A DNA stretch of 64,000 nt from Octopus sinensis (taxonomy: Eukaryota), in the NCBI RefSeq assembly GCF_006345805.1, contig NC_042997.1, positions 3,596,001 through 3,660,000 on the forward strand, written 5' to 3'. The notes under the pieces are model-generated. The model searched no databases, had not been told where the DNA came from, and saw only the letters and a program-made list of their open reading frames with translations. Shown here one piece after another: positions 52,991 to 64,000 of the stretch; the first letter of the stretch is position 1; each line of letters opens with the position of its first letter. The translations under genes and the position numbers were made by a program.

Positions 52991-54251
52991 TTTGGTTGGT
53001 GACTAAGAACGCGCCGTTTTTTTAAATTTTAGAATTTATTGGGTTTTTAAATTTTGGAATCTATTTTTTTTCGAGAATTCTAATATTGAATCATTTTGGC
53101 ATCTGTTTTTTTTTTTCGGGTTAATTTTAGTTAATTTTTGTTTAGTTTCAGACATTTAAAATGGAAATTTCTAGTTAACAAAAAAACAGCATTTTCAACA
53201 CCTCATTCTTTTTGCTTTTAATCAAAGTTCTAATGTCGCAAGAGCTGTTCGCGACATTTGTACAGTGTATGGAGATGGTGCCATAGCTGAAAGAACCGCT
53301 CGCGGTTGGTATGCCAAGTCCAAAGTGGGAATTTTGACCTCGAAGACGCGCCTCGTTCTGGCCGTCAAGTTGAGTTCGATGAAGAGCGCTTAAACCAAAT
53401 TTTGCAAGAAAATTCTCGTCAAACTACAACGGAACTGGCAGAGAAATTGGAATGCTCCCACATTGCTATAGAGAAGCATCTTTACTCGATGCGAAAGATT
53501 CAGAAGTATGGAGCATGGATTCCGCAGGTTTTAAGTGACAAAAACAAAATTCAACAAGCCGCAATCTCCGCTGGTTTGCTTGCTCATCACCGCTCAACTC
53601 ATGGACACAAGCAACGATTTCTTTACTGGTGATGAAAAATGTTGCCTGTACATCAATATTTAGCAGCGTAAAGAATGGCTTTGCCCCGGTAAAGAAGATC
53701 TTCATCCTCGTAAAACGATGCTGTGCGTATGGTGGGCACTGGGAAGGGATTATCCAATACCAATTGCTTGAACGGAACCAAACGGTCAACGCGGAACTCT
53801 ATGTTTAAAGATGGAACGACTCAATACGGCTATTCAAGAGAAAATACTTATTCGTCAGTATGGATTTCTTCTGCTGCACGACGTCGCCTGCCCTCATATC
53901 ACCGATATAACCAAAGAATCTATTCAAATGCATGGCTGGGTAGTGCTACCACAACCGCCGTAGTGTCTTGATTTGGCACACATGGTTTACCACTTCTTTC
54001 GATCTCTTCCAAATGCTATGCGCGGATATTCTTTCAATACTTATGCAGAATTGAGAGCGTGATTGGATAAATTTTTCGAGTCGAAGTCGTGTGATTTTTA
54101 ACAACGAGGTATTGAAAATTTTGTTTTTGCGCTGGAAAGAAGTTGTAAACAACAAGGGTGAATACATTATTGATTAATTAGGTGTTTTTTTTATTACACA
54201 TTTAAACAAATTAAGTTAAAAAAAACGGCGGGAAGTTAGTTACCAAACCAA
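52991..54251 (+). mobile_element. Mariner transposon (mellifera-like), defective
   Basis: Imperfect TIRs tttggttggtgactaagaacgcgccgtttt and aaaacggcgggaagttagttaccaaaccaa, flanked by TA. DLEDAPRSGRQVEFDEERL, WIPQVLS (WVPHEL-like), TGDEK and a decayed YSPDLAP motif are visible. Confidence 0.88.
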
Positions 54252-54310
54252 TAGATATATAAATATGTAAATACACTTCAAATATATCAAGACTTCTTTT
54301 TTGCTTCCTT

Positions 54311-54731
54311 CATTTTACTACGGCCATGCTGGAGCACCACATTTAGTTGAACAAATCGACCCCAAGACTTATTCTTTGTAAGTCTAGTACTTATTCTAAC
54401 AACCCATTTTGCCGGACTGCTAAGTTACGAGGACGTAAACACACCAACATCGGTTGTTGAGCGATGTTGGAGGGACAAACACAGTCACACAAACATATAT
54501 CATAGATATACATATACATGAATATGTATATGTGTATACATCCCCATATATATATATATGTATATTTACGACAGGCTCCTTTCAGTTTCCGTCTACCAAA
54601 TGTACTCACTAAGCTTTGATCAATTCAAAGCTATAGTAGATGACACTTGCCCAAGATTCCACACACTGTGACTAATCTAGGAACAATGTGGTTGGTTAGC
54701 AAGCTACTTACTACATAGCTACTCCTGCGCC
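54311..54731 (-). mobile_element. SINE family B
   Basis: Colinear with 40394-40774. A duplicated head 14-mer cactcctgcgccta recurs about 40 bp further on. Confidence 0.88.
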
Positions 54732-55832
54732 TACATGGCGACCCCAGAGCCTATTTGGCCACTCCTGCGCCTATATAAAGGTAGGCATGTCACTGGAGCC
54801 GATTGTGCATATATGCTGGTTTTCAAACTGTACTACAAAAAATAAATAGTATCAACACTCTCTTGCGGGGAATGAAATCACTCCATTGCGGGGAATCAAA
54901 TAAATATGCTAAGAAAATATTAAAAACATGCTATATATATTTCTACTCAAAATAAAAAAAGAAACAGCATTAAAATGATATACAAAGAATGGCTGGAATG
55001 CAAATATTTTTGTAAATCCATATTGATGTTTATAATTCGTTCAAATCCGACGGCAGTTTCTGGGGGCATAGTGGTGCAATGATGTAATAAAATTTAAATT
55101 ACGTTAATCTAATATCACCGCCTCATTCGTCAGGGAATTTTCCAACTGGTAAGGCTACATTTGTCAAGTACAATAGGGCTCAAATATACTGAGCATTTCG
55201 ATGTGTCTTATCATCATCATCATCGTCGTCGTTTAACGTCCGCTTAACAATGCTAGCATGGGTTGGACGGTTCGACTGCAGTCTGGGAAGCCAGGAAGCT
55301 GCACCAGGCCCAGTCTGATTTGGCAGTGTTTATATATAGAAAAATTCATCTCTTGAAAATAAATTAAACACACACACACACATATGTATGTATATGTATA
55401 TATAGTCTCCTTACGATTATGATAACTGCTTAAATGTGTTATTCTGCCAATCTGTATATTTTAAATTCCTATTCTGGCTCCTTTCATACACAGCTTTTGA
55501 TTTCTGCTACCATCGAATGGTGATATCTTTTGCGCATGGGTATCTAAAACGCCCTGTTCTAGGCGTACATCAGTTTCCTTTTTTTTATCACTTTGCATAT
55601 CTCATAGAAATTGACAGTTAACTGATTTGAGTTGTTCAAGAAATGGAAACAGTGTATATCTCTGATGACGGCGATCCCTAAATAACATCCATTGTTTTTA
55701 TCGTTTCATTGGTATCATAAACGTTATAGGATGTCAAAAGAAGAACCAGAAGTGGTTTTACTTCTGGACTTGCATATTACTTGAATCTGTTGTTAGTTTT
55801 CGTGAGAACTAAACTATTTATAAATCTGTGCA

Positions 55833-56463
55833 TTTGCTTCCAAAATGTTTCCCAGTTCAAGCAATTTAATAATCCAACCAAATAGGTATGACGTCAATAG
55901 CATTTTGCAGTCAATTTAAGTATATGGCATTTTCGCCTCCGTACATTAGCAATGTATATTACCTATTTGTAAGCAGGATCTTCGATATTCAGGTACACTT
56001 GGTCATAAATGCCACTTGTGCTACAGGATATACGTTTATAAATGTTCAATTATGTTCTTGAATGATGTATTAAAGAACATTTTATTGAGTGCTATTTGTC
56101 ATAATATCAGGCAATAGCAACAGTAGTTAGGTGTTAGCTTTCTGCTGAGATTGTGGTTGTCACTGCATCTTAAGAATCATGTAGATAATTTATTCGATTT
56201 GTTAGAGAGTTCATCCGCGATAACTACAATGGAATATTACAGGATGTAAAAAGAAAAAAAGTTTTTGACAATTGCCAAAACCACGGACTCTCCAGTTCTT
56301 AAATCTTTAAAAGTCAATTTCAATTCAACTATTGTGATGTTTTGCTTTTGGAAGATATTTTCTAAAAGTTATGTTGATACGTACACCTACTACTGATATT
56401 GAAATCATACCTATTTGGTTGGATTATTAAATTGCTTGAACTGGGAAACATCTTCGAAGCAAA
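55833..56463. mobile_element. MITE-like or fold-back element with 59 bp inverted repeats
   Basis: 55833-55891 is the reverse complement of 56405-56463 with 2 mismatches, and weaker pairing extends a few bases inward. No coding capacity was seen. Confidence 0.65.
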
Positions 56464-56749
56464 TTCAGCTTTTAGGAATACTTCGTAGAACATTTAAAAA
56501 GAAAATTGTGAAGGTCCATATGACCACCACGAAATGTGCCGTATAATTTCTGCAGCTTTCTTGTATACTAGCAAAGTTTCAGAACATCGTTTTTGTCCTT
56601 TGCTATACCTCCTGTTTAGTATGCTGATATTGACATGTCATCTTCATTGTTCATGCTTCCGGTGGGGACAAAATAAAATACCAGTTAAAGTATAGTCGTT
56701 CAATGTAATCACTCTGAATACAAATTTTTTCTGCCTTCGATAAAAATCA

Positions 56750-58800
56750 ATATATTCTGTAAAGCGAGTATTTATTTAAGCATTGGATTGTGTGCAGTCA
56801 TGTTTGTACATTGTTTATATTGAATTGTACCATCATGCGACGTGTATCTTATACTTACTCTAGAATGATTATGTACACACGTATGGTTTATTTTAATTCC
56901 TCTGATACGTAAACTATCTATTCTAATTCTAATTTGATATTCTTGTTGTAAGTATTCAATGGGTAATTTCTGCTCTTGTAACAATGTTTTTTTTTTTTTA
57001 TGAATCCCGAATATATTCTTGTCCTGATTATGCAAGTGTTTAACAAAGTGATTCACTGACGAGTTGTATCGGGTATAATGCGATATGTTATTTGTTATAC
57101 ATCTCTAGCTACACTATTCGAAATTTAATATTGTTTTTTCTTTCAAAACTACACAAAACTAACGATTTTTTGTTCTGTCAACTTTTACAATTTTGCTTAT
57201 TTCAGACAATGGACTACGGCAAACACAAAACACCGCCTTGAAGATTTTAATTGAACAAATCAAGTCCAAAGAATTATTATGTTTGTACTTCTAACGTTCT
57301 TCTTTTATCGAACGATACTTTATGCCGTCATAAATAAACCAGCGCAGAGTAAACCAGATTCCCCTAAATTATGTCAACCATCCCCGAAGGAAATTGAATT
57401 GAACGAAGCAAATAACTTGGCAAACAGAAATAATTCATTTTTCAAACTTATATTTGTGAAGACAAAACTATCGAAATTGTAGAAAATTTTTTAAAAAGTA
57501 AAGCCATTTTCCTGAAACGTAAAAAAAAATTAATTAATAAGACAGCATAACTGAGAACTAGTTTTCTAATAACAGCCACAGCAGACATATATGCACTTGG
57601 TCAAACGGAAGTTTGAAGAGTATTTACCTAAACTAAATTTATGAAATGTAAATTTAAACAAAAAATTTTGAGAGCGGAACATTTTTACTTGCAGCTATAA
57701 TGCTTGATAACATTGTTTTCATAAATCAGGCGCCAACATGCCAGTGTTCTTTTGGTTCAATCTCCGTTTTATATGCGTTGATATTCATCAAGATGGAAAA
57801 CCGTACTTAAGATTTTTGTTCATGATTCCTAACTATATCATCATACTCGTTATTTCGTAGAAATTTTATCATTACTTTCAAAACTGTAGCTATTCTATTA
57901 AGTGCAATTTACTGTTACCATTTTACTTCTATGATTTAAGGTGTCCTCTTGATTCGTGTGTTGTATTAACTCGTGTAAATATGTTGTTTTGTTCTATTTC
58001 AAAAGTATTGTGTATCTATTCTGCATCACTTTCATTTATGAATGCACATTATTCTATTAAGGGCTCAGATAACTTTTCATTATTTTCTATCTTACCCAGT
58101 ATGTTATTTAGCAAGTTGTTTGCTTAAGTTTAGATTTGCGTATGTGTGACATTTTGAATAATTAACCATGTTTCTTTATATATATTTTTCTTTTATCATG
58201 GTGATATTTATGTTCAATCTCTTTCCGGTAAGTCGAGGACACACAAGGTTTGTTGATAGTTTTTGATTTTTTATCATTATGTTTTATGTTTAGGAAGGTC
58301 TTTTATCTTCTATCGTTTTAAATCTTTAACTATACCCAAGTTTAGATTATAGATATCTCATTCAAATTTCCACCTTTAGAACTTACTATACTTAGATCTT
58401 TCTCATATATAGGTGTCTACATATATGGTTGGTGTAATTCTGTTTGGGGCTTCTGTTTGTCAACATGATTTAGTTATGCCGAAATTTATTTTGTAGTCGT
58501 TTTATATTATGCTGTTTGTCTTGCTTGTACTAAAACTACCTTCATGATTTACGTTGTCAATGTTTAAAACTTTAATGTTATATTTTCGTTGTTTGTGTTT
58601 TATTCATCATCCTGTGTTCCTTGTATGTAATTGATATTGTGTGTCTCTGAAGTTTTCTGTATCTGATATTTTTTTATAGTTTGAAGTATATATCTTATTT
58701 AATTAACCACTCTGTTCTGATATAAAATTATTTTCTTTCTGTTTAATTTATCTCCGTATACAATGAATGCGAGTCTGTTGTGGTCGATCTGATTCTATGT
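56750..58800 (-). pseudogene. Highly decayed Penelope-like reverse transcriptase
   Basis: Colinear minus-strand relics: PRLTGK near 58225 (PRLYG-like), LKYGFPS near 57800 (GLPMGxP-like) and NHFVKHLHNQDKNI...LP (ORF 56772-57056, FLxHLNxxHxNI-like). Confidence 0.45.
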
Positions 58801-59344
58801 AAATTTAGCGGTAAAATATTCGTGTAGTATATATCTATTTATATCTGTTTGCATCATTTGAATTTCAAAATATTACAGAGAACACGCCGCCGTTTTAATT
58901 AAATTGTCATTATTATTTAGCTATAGCTCATAAATTTCATGTTATGCAGTATTTGTGTCTTCTGTTCTATGCTAAACGCACCAAACAAAAAACAAAAATA
59001 CTCAATCAACGTTGTTAAGTGCTGCTCAGAATCCGTAACATCGGTACATTGGGTTGAATATATTCTTTCTAGTGTTAATTTGTTATGAACTATGTTTGTG
59101 TTCCGATCTAGGAGAAAATATTGAATGCATATATTTAAATCTTATTTCTTGTTGCATTATTTAACGGTAAGCACTGAGCATGTTGTGCAACTGTTGAACT
59201 TTGTGTGATTAATACACTAATTGTATTTATTTTCTCATGCGTTTATATTCCTGCTGCTGCTGATTCGTTTGCTCTTGTTATTGTGGATGATGCTGAAAGT
59301 ATTGTATTGTTTTCGGTTTCTAAAAGGTCCTAAATATATTACGT

Positions 59345-59548
59345 ATGACCTGGATATACTTCCAAAAGACTTACGATACATTGCCGCATTCGTGGATTTG
59401 GCAACAATTCGACAAGTATGGAATAGCTGCGAAGGTGTGTGCACTGATTAAGAATAGCATGCCTAGTTCGGAAACACGTGTTTGTTTCAACAAGAAACAC
59501 TAAGCCGAGGTAACATTCAAAGGAGGTGTCTTCCAAGGAGAGTCTTCT
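59345..59548 (+). pseudogene. R4/Dong-like RT fragment ending abruptly in (TAA)n
   Basis: MTWIYFQKTYDTLPHSWIW...KGGVFQGESSSPP followed by (taa)n. Confidence 0.75.
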
Positions 59549-59556
59549 TCACCGCC

Positions 59557-59609
<53 letters not shown>

Positions 59610-59639
59610 TATAATAACTTTAATATGATAATAACACTG

Positions 59640-60105
59640 CTCCATACCACAGTGGCTTGACCTTAACCAGTTATGTATGTCATTTATACATATATACGAA
59701 GCCCAGAATATCCATCATGACAACGCATCTGATGAAGGTACACCAGCCATATGCATCACAAACACATGTTTGTGATATTTTAAACTCATATCAAGAGAGA
59801 CAGCTCACGAACTTGCGGGTGGGACCCAGGTAGATTTTCTTTTCAGGACGAGAAACCCACCTCGCCCAAGATGTCCCTAAATAAGTGTTTGCTAAGCGTG
59901 TTGTAACTAACAAATATATCAATAGGTGAATTGTTCAAGCCCCCAAATGAATATCTGTTAACATGTGGTTATGTTGCTCCACCACTACTTACTCTGGTGA
60001 TCAGTGATGAACATATCGCCAGCCACCAAGGGACGTGCTCAACCTATTAAGGTCAAACAATGACATTCAGACTTGTGATATTGTTCAAGAAATTTGTTGT
60101 AGCCA
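59640..60105 (-). mobile_element. Family C element, old diverged copy
   Basis: Colinear, with many substitutions, to 60310-60867. Confidence 0.7.
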
Positions 60106-60135
60106 TCTTCTTCTTCTTCTTCTTCTTCTTCTTCT

Positions 60136-60168
<33 letters not shown>

Positions 60169-60223
60169 ACTACTACTACTACTACTACTACTACGACTAA
60201 TATTACTACTACTACTACTACTA

Positions 60224-60263
<40 letters not shown>

Positions 60264-60309
60264 GCTGCTGATGCTAATCCTACTACTACTGCTAATTATT
60301 ATTATTATT

Positions 60310-60867
60310 ATTGAGTGAGAGAGCAGTGCATATCATCAAAGAGACACTGGGGAAAATATACGAAGCCCAGTATACACATCATGATTATCCGCCTGATAAG
60401 GGTACACCAGGCACATGCATCACGACCATATGTGTGCGACATGGTGATCTCATATCAAGATAAACAGCATATGAACTTGCAGGTGGGGCCCTGTTAGAAT
60501 TTTCTTCCGGTCGAGTAGCCCATCCTGTTTAAAAGGTCCCTGAATAAGGGTTGTTTAAGGATGTCGAACGAACCACCCATGTTTCCAAACGTGAATTTTC
60601 CAAACCTCCAAAGATTCCCTCTCAAAACATGGCTATGATGCTCCCCTACTACTTCTACTCGCGATCAGATATGCACATATCGTCAGCCACTAAGGGACAT
60701 GCTAAACTGGTTATGGTCAAACAACTGACAAGCAAATCTGTGGTATTGAGCAGAATATTTGCTGTAGACCATCTTTTATACCAAGACAACACAACGTACA
60801 TGATAACACTTCCAATCAGTTAAGAGGAAAAGCCACGAGAGCCACTGCCTTGTACTGCATCAGGGCA
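60310..60867 (-). mobile_element. Family C element, longest (apparently complete) copy, flanked both sides by (ATT)n
   Basis: ttgagtgagagagcagtgc...gccactgccttgtactgcatcagggca. Confidence 0.88.
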
Positions 60868-60913
60868 CTTATTATCATTATTATTATTATTATTAATATT
60901 ATTATTATTATTA

Positions 60914-60987
<74 letters not shown>

Positions 60988-62639
60988 GATTATTATTTTT
61001 ATTATTATTTTTTATTATTATTATTATCATTATCGTTTTTATGATCGTAATCGTCATCATCATCACTACCATCATAGCGTTTACAACAGAATTAAGCCTC
61101 ATATTATACCAGCACCACCTCCACTCTGTCATACCGAGAAGTGTGAAGATTTTTCTTTGGGTAGGATGATTTTTGTTGTAGATTTCATTTATTTATCTCT
61201 GTAGAATTTATTGTATGTTTCCCAGTATCTTTTGATATGTTGTTTATTGCTTAGGATATGTCTTGCCTTATGTTTGAGCTGAAGTAATCAGGTGCGAGTG
61301 ATTTGCCTTTACGTTTATTGTTAGCTCTGAATCTAGCAAATTTTTATGAAGTTCCTTTATTAAACTTAGTATTATTATTTTTGTTACTGTTTACCCTTTC
61401 CTTATCTACTCCCTGCTTATATCATTTTAAATATTGTCGTAGTTTGGCAATTTATGGATTTCATTTAATGGAATATTTTGTCTAGAAGGGACATACATGT
61501 CTTACATATATCAGATATATTTGATATTGTTTCCAGTTAACAGTGTCCTGTCTCTATTGTGCCTTTGAATTCATTATATACTAAGGAAAGATACAAATAT
61601 TTGACGAAAGACGTTTGTAACTCTATGCCGACTTTGCGAACTCAAGAATCAATAGCATTCCTTATGAAAGATAAAACAAACCGAAACGCACTAATCAATC
61701 ACAATTTCAACAATATAATTATTCTGGCAGAGCAATAGAAAGGATGTCATTGAACGAAATACAAAGAATAAAAATGAGCTTTGGGTTGTGAACACGAGAA
61801 TTTGAAATTGTTACGCAACTCAAAGATGATTAAGTTTTCTTCCAATAAGAGCGCGTAATATTCGATCATCAAATATTTCATTCAAAAAGACAGATGTCAT
61901 CAACTCATTACTTAATTATGATATGTATCACTATGTGAGACAAATCTTATCGGGTGTTCAGAAACTTGGAAATGTAAATATAAACAAAACAATATTTTAA
62001 GATATTTCTGTAAACTTTATACTTTACAGTCAGTCATATTCCTACCACCAATAATTTTATAATGGTTGTGAACCAGAATATGAATTAGGAAACTATGAAC
62101 AAATTATCAACTACCATATTTTTGAGGATGAATTGAATGTATTCTATGTAAACAAGATTACACTTTTCCGCTTTAGGAACGAAGTATGAGTTTTCGACGT
62201 GATAGAAAAATGGTCTATAACATTAAACACCGGTATACGTACAAGGAATAAGCTCAAATTATCTTAGATAGGAGGAACTGTGCTATTTACATTTCTACAT
62301 GGAAGTATGTAATGTGAAATGTTCTGGAAAATTGGTACAAGTTTTCGAATCTTTAGAGGCTAATAACATATAGTACACGGCTTAATTTTTTATCAAATCA
62401 TCAAATGAACAGCAAAATTTTCATCTCTGGTGTCAATGCACACATTGCTTTAATCTTATGATAACATTCAATTATCATTCACTTGAACACCCAAGAATTA
62501 CTGGATGTTGACAGGAACATTAGAATGTTACGGACAATGGATATTATATTAGCCAAAAAAGGTGTTATAATGATTAGAGTGTATTTTAAGCACGGTGATG
62601 ATGAGAGGAGTTTCATTAGCGTAAGAAATTGAGCAGCAA

Positions 62640-63900
62640 CGGTGCAATTGTAACTGTAGAAATGCGTACCAGAAAGGAAATAAAAAAATCTGCAAGCTTC
62701 GGATCTGCTTTTAAAGCTTTGATCACTTCAGCGTATAACAGAAACTCCTTGGTGGCGAAAGTAAATCGCCACCTTTTGGAGACGTATGCTGGTCCGTTAT
62801 TGCTGCCCGATGTTGTGGCTGCTTAATTATTGCTGGTTTGTTGGAAGAGTTCATGGACATCTCACGAAATAGGGATTGGGAAGGTTGTGTCCGAAGTGGA
62901 GACCATCGGCACCGTTCTAAAGGAAAGGCAGACTTTTGCAAGAGCTACAATCAACGTAGAGAAGTCGGTAGGCTTGCGGCTTCGCACTCGGAGATGCAGG
63001 CTGAATTTGTCAGACGGCGCCGCTGGAAGCTTGACTGACGGATCAGTTAAAATTCGTGGAGGACTTTTTTCTCTCCTGCCATTCAATTAGTAAGAGCTGG
63101 GTTGAGGAAATGAACGGTGTGTCTAGTTTTACCCAGAAATAGACAGAAATGAACGCTCAAGCAGAGGTAACGAATACCTACATCACCTCAATTATTATTT
63201 ACAGCTTAACAATCGCGCCGAAATCTGACTACTGCTTGAATCGTCTTGTACTTGTTTTCTTGTAGAAAGGTGGCATTCTAATAGTCAGATGGCAAATTTG
63301 CTGCCATCAACCTGAAAAGGCGGTGTAGGTACGCCGCAACACTTAATGGGAAGACACGATGGGTTCCACCGCCCAAAACGATACCTTCACGGCGAAGGAT
63401 TTTGTGTGCTTCGTTCGCGTGATATATTTATCCACATGTTTTTTCCTTGGCAGAGCTGAAGTTTCTGCTGAAACAAAGGCGGAGAATTGGTGACTGACAC
63501 ATAAAGTGTTGTTATTCACATCTAATCTTCTACCAGTGTGTTAATGCGTTAGGTTGATGTTCCACTCTAGCAATATGCAGAGGGTTAATGATGGGGAAAG
63601 TGAAAGTACATTATCAGGGAGACTCAAGTCATTCATAAAATCGAACTGTCTATTTCAGAAACTATTCCTGCGGTGATCTGAAATGAATAATATCCAGAAT
63701 TCTTTAAATCGAGAATACTACTTAAGGGTGCTACCTGTTCGTGACTGAGCTGTCACCACGGATGTGGTGACAGCCAGACTTGACCGAGTTTTGCCCACGG
63801 CGACGAAACATATCTGCACATACTCGTTGGATGTGCGAGCATTGCTATCGTCATTCAGGCTGCTATTGTCAGTCAGGCTTTACGATCGGTGGATATGATC
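62640..63900 (+). pseudogene. Tx1/L1-clade RT relic
   Basis: FGSAFKALITSAYN...KVNRHL and EVETIGTVLK...ATINVEKSVGLRL...TDGSVK resemble AKINxEKSVGLRLGxW...TDGPVK. CCHQP...GGVGTP follows, and the region is GC-elevated. Confidence 0.7.
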
Positions 63901-64000
63901 CGCCATGACGTTTTAACGGGAATTGGTACCTAAGAGAAAATCTGGGGAGTTGATGAAAAGAAATTAACTTGTGTTTTCTGGAGTTTATGTGTTTATTGAT

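Noticed and set aside
57055-57090. CTGACGA followed by a weak hairpin
   Set aside because: There is no GAAA box or stem I, and it lies inside the PLE RT relic on the opposite strand.
60810-60867. Short resemblances of the family C terminus to U2 snRNA (atcagttaagatcaga; cctggtactgca-like)
   Set aside because: These are two short imperfect matches judged from memory, antisense to the element and with wrong spacing. They need an Rfam search before any claim.

Overview
Repeat-saturated, gene-poor eukaryotic DNA, most likely cephalopod (Octopus-like; inferred from the abundant (TA)n, (TG)n and (TAA)n microsatellites and from SINE families I recall from octopus). No host gene can be supported. 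The window contains: (1) about a dozen copies or fragments of R4/Dong-like restriction-like-endonuclease (RLE) non-LTR retrotransposons, most oriented so their sense strand reads (TAA)n in the flanking microsatellite, with a dense nest at 28.3-42.2 kb; (2) several tRNA-derived SINE families, plus a ~560 bp (TAA)n-associated non-coding element with no clear tRNA head; (3) two mariner elements with TIRs, a Helitron relic with its 3' hairpin and CTAG, and two Tx1/L1 relics; (4) Penelope-like (PLE) relics and non-coding derivatives carrying minimal type-I hammerhead ribozyme (HHR) motifs. The most interesting item is a ~1.4 kb non-coding element in (TA)n at 44570-45994, with a structurally intact hammerhead (44743-44785, minus strand), a perfect 42 bp inverted repeat and an internal ~270 bp duplication. 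Most ORFs in the supplied track are microsatellite artefacts. All calls come from reading the sequence and none was confirmed by a database search.
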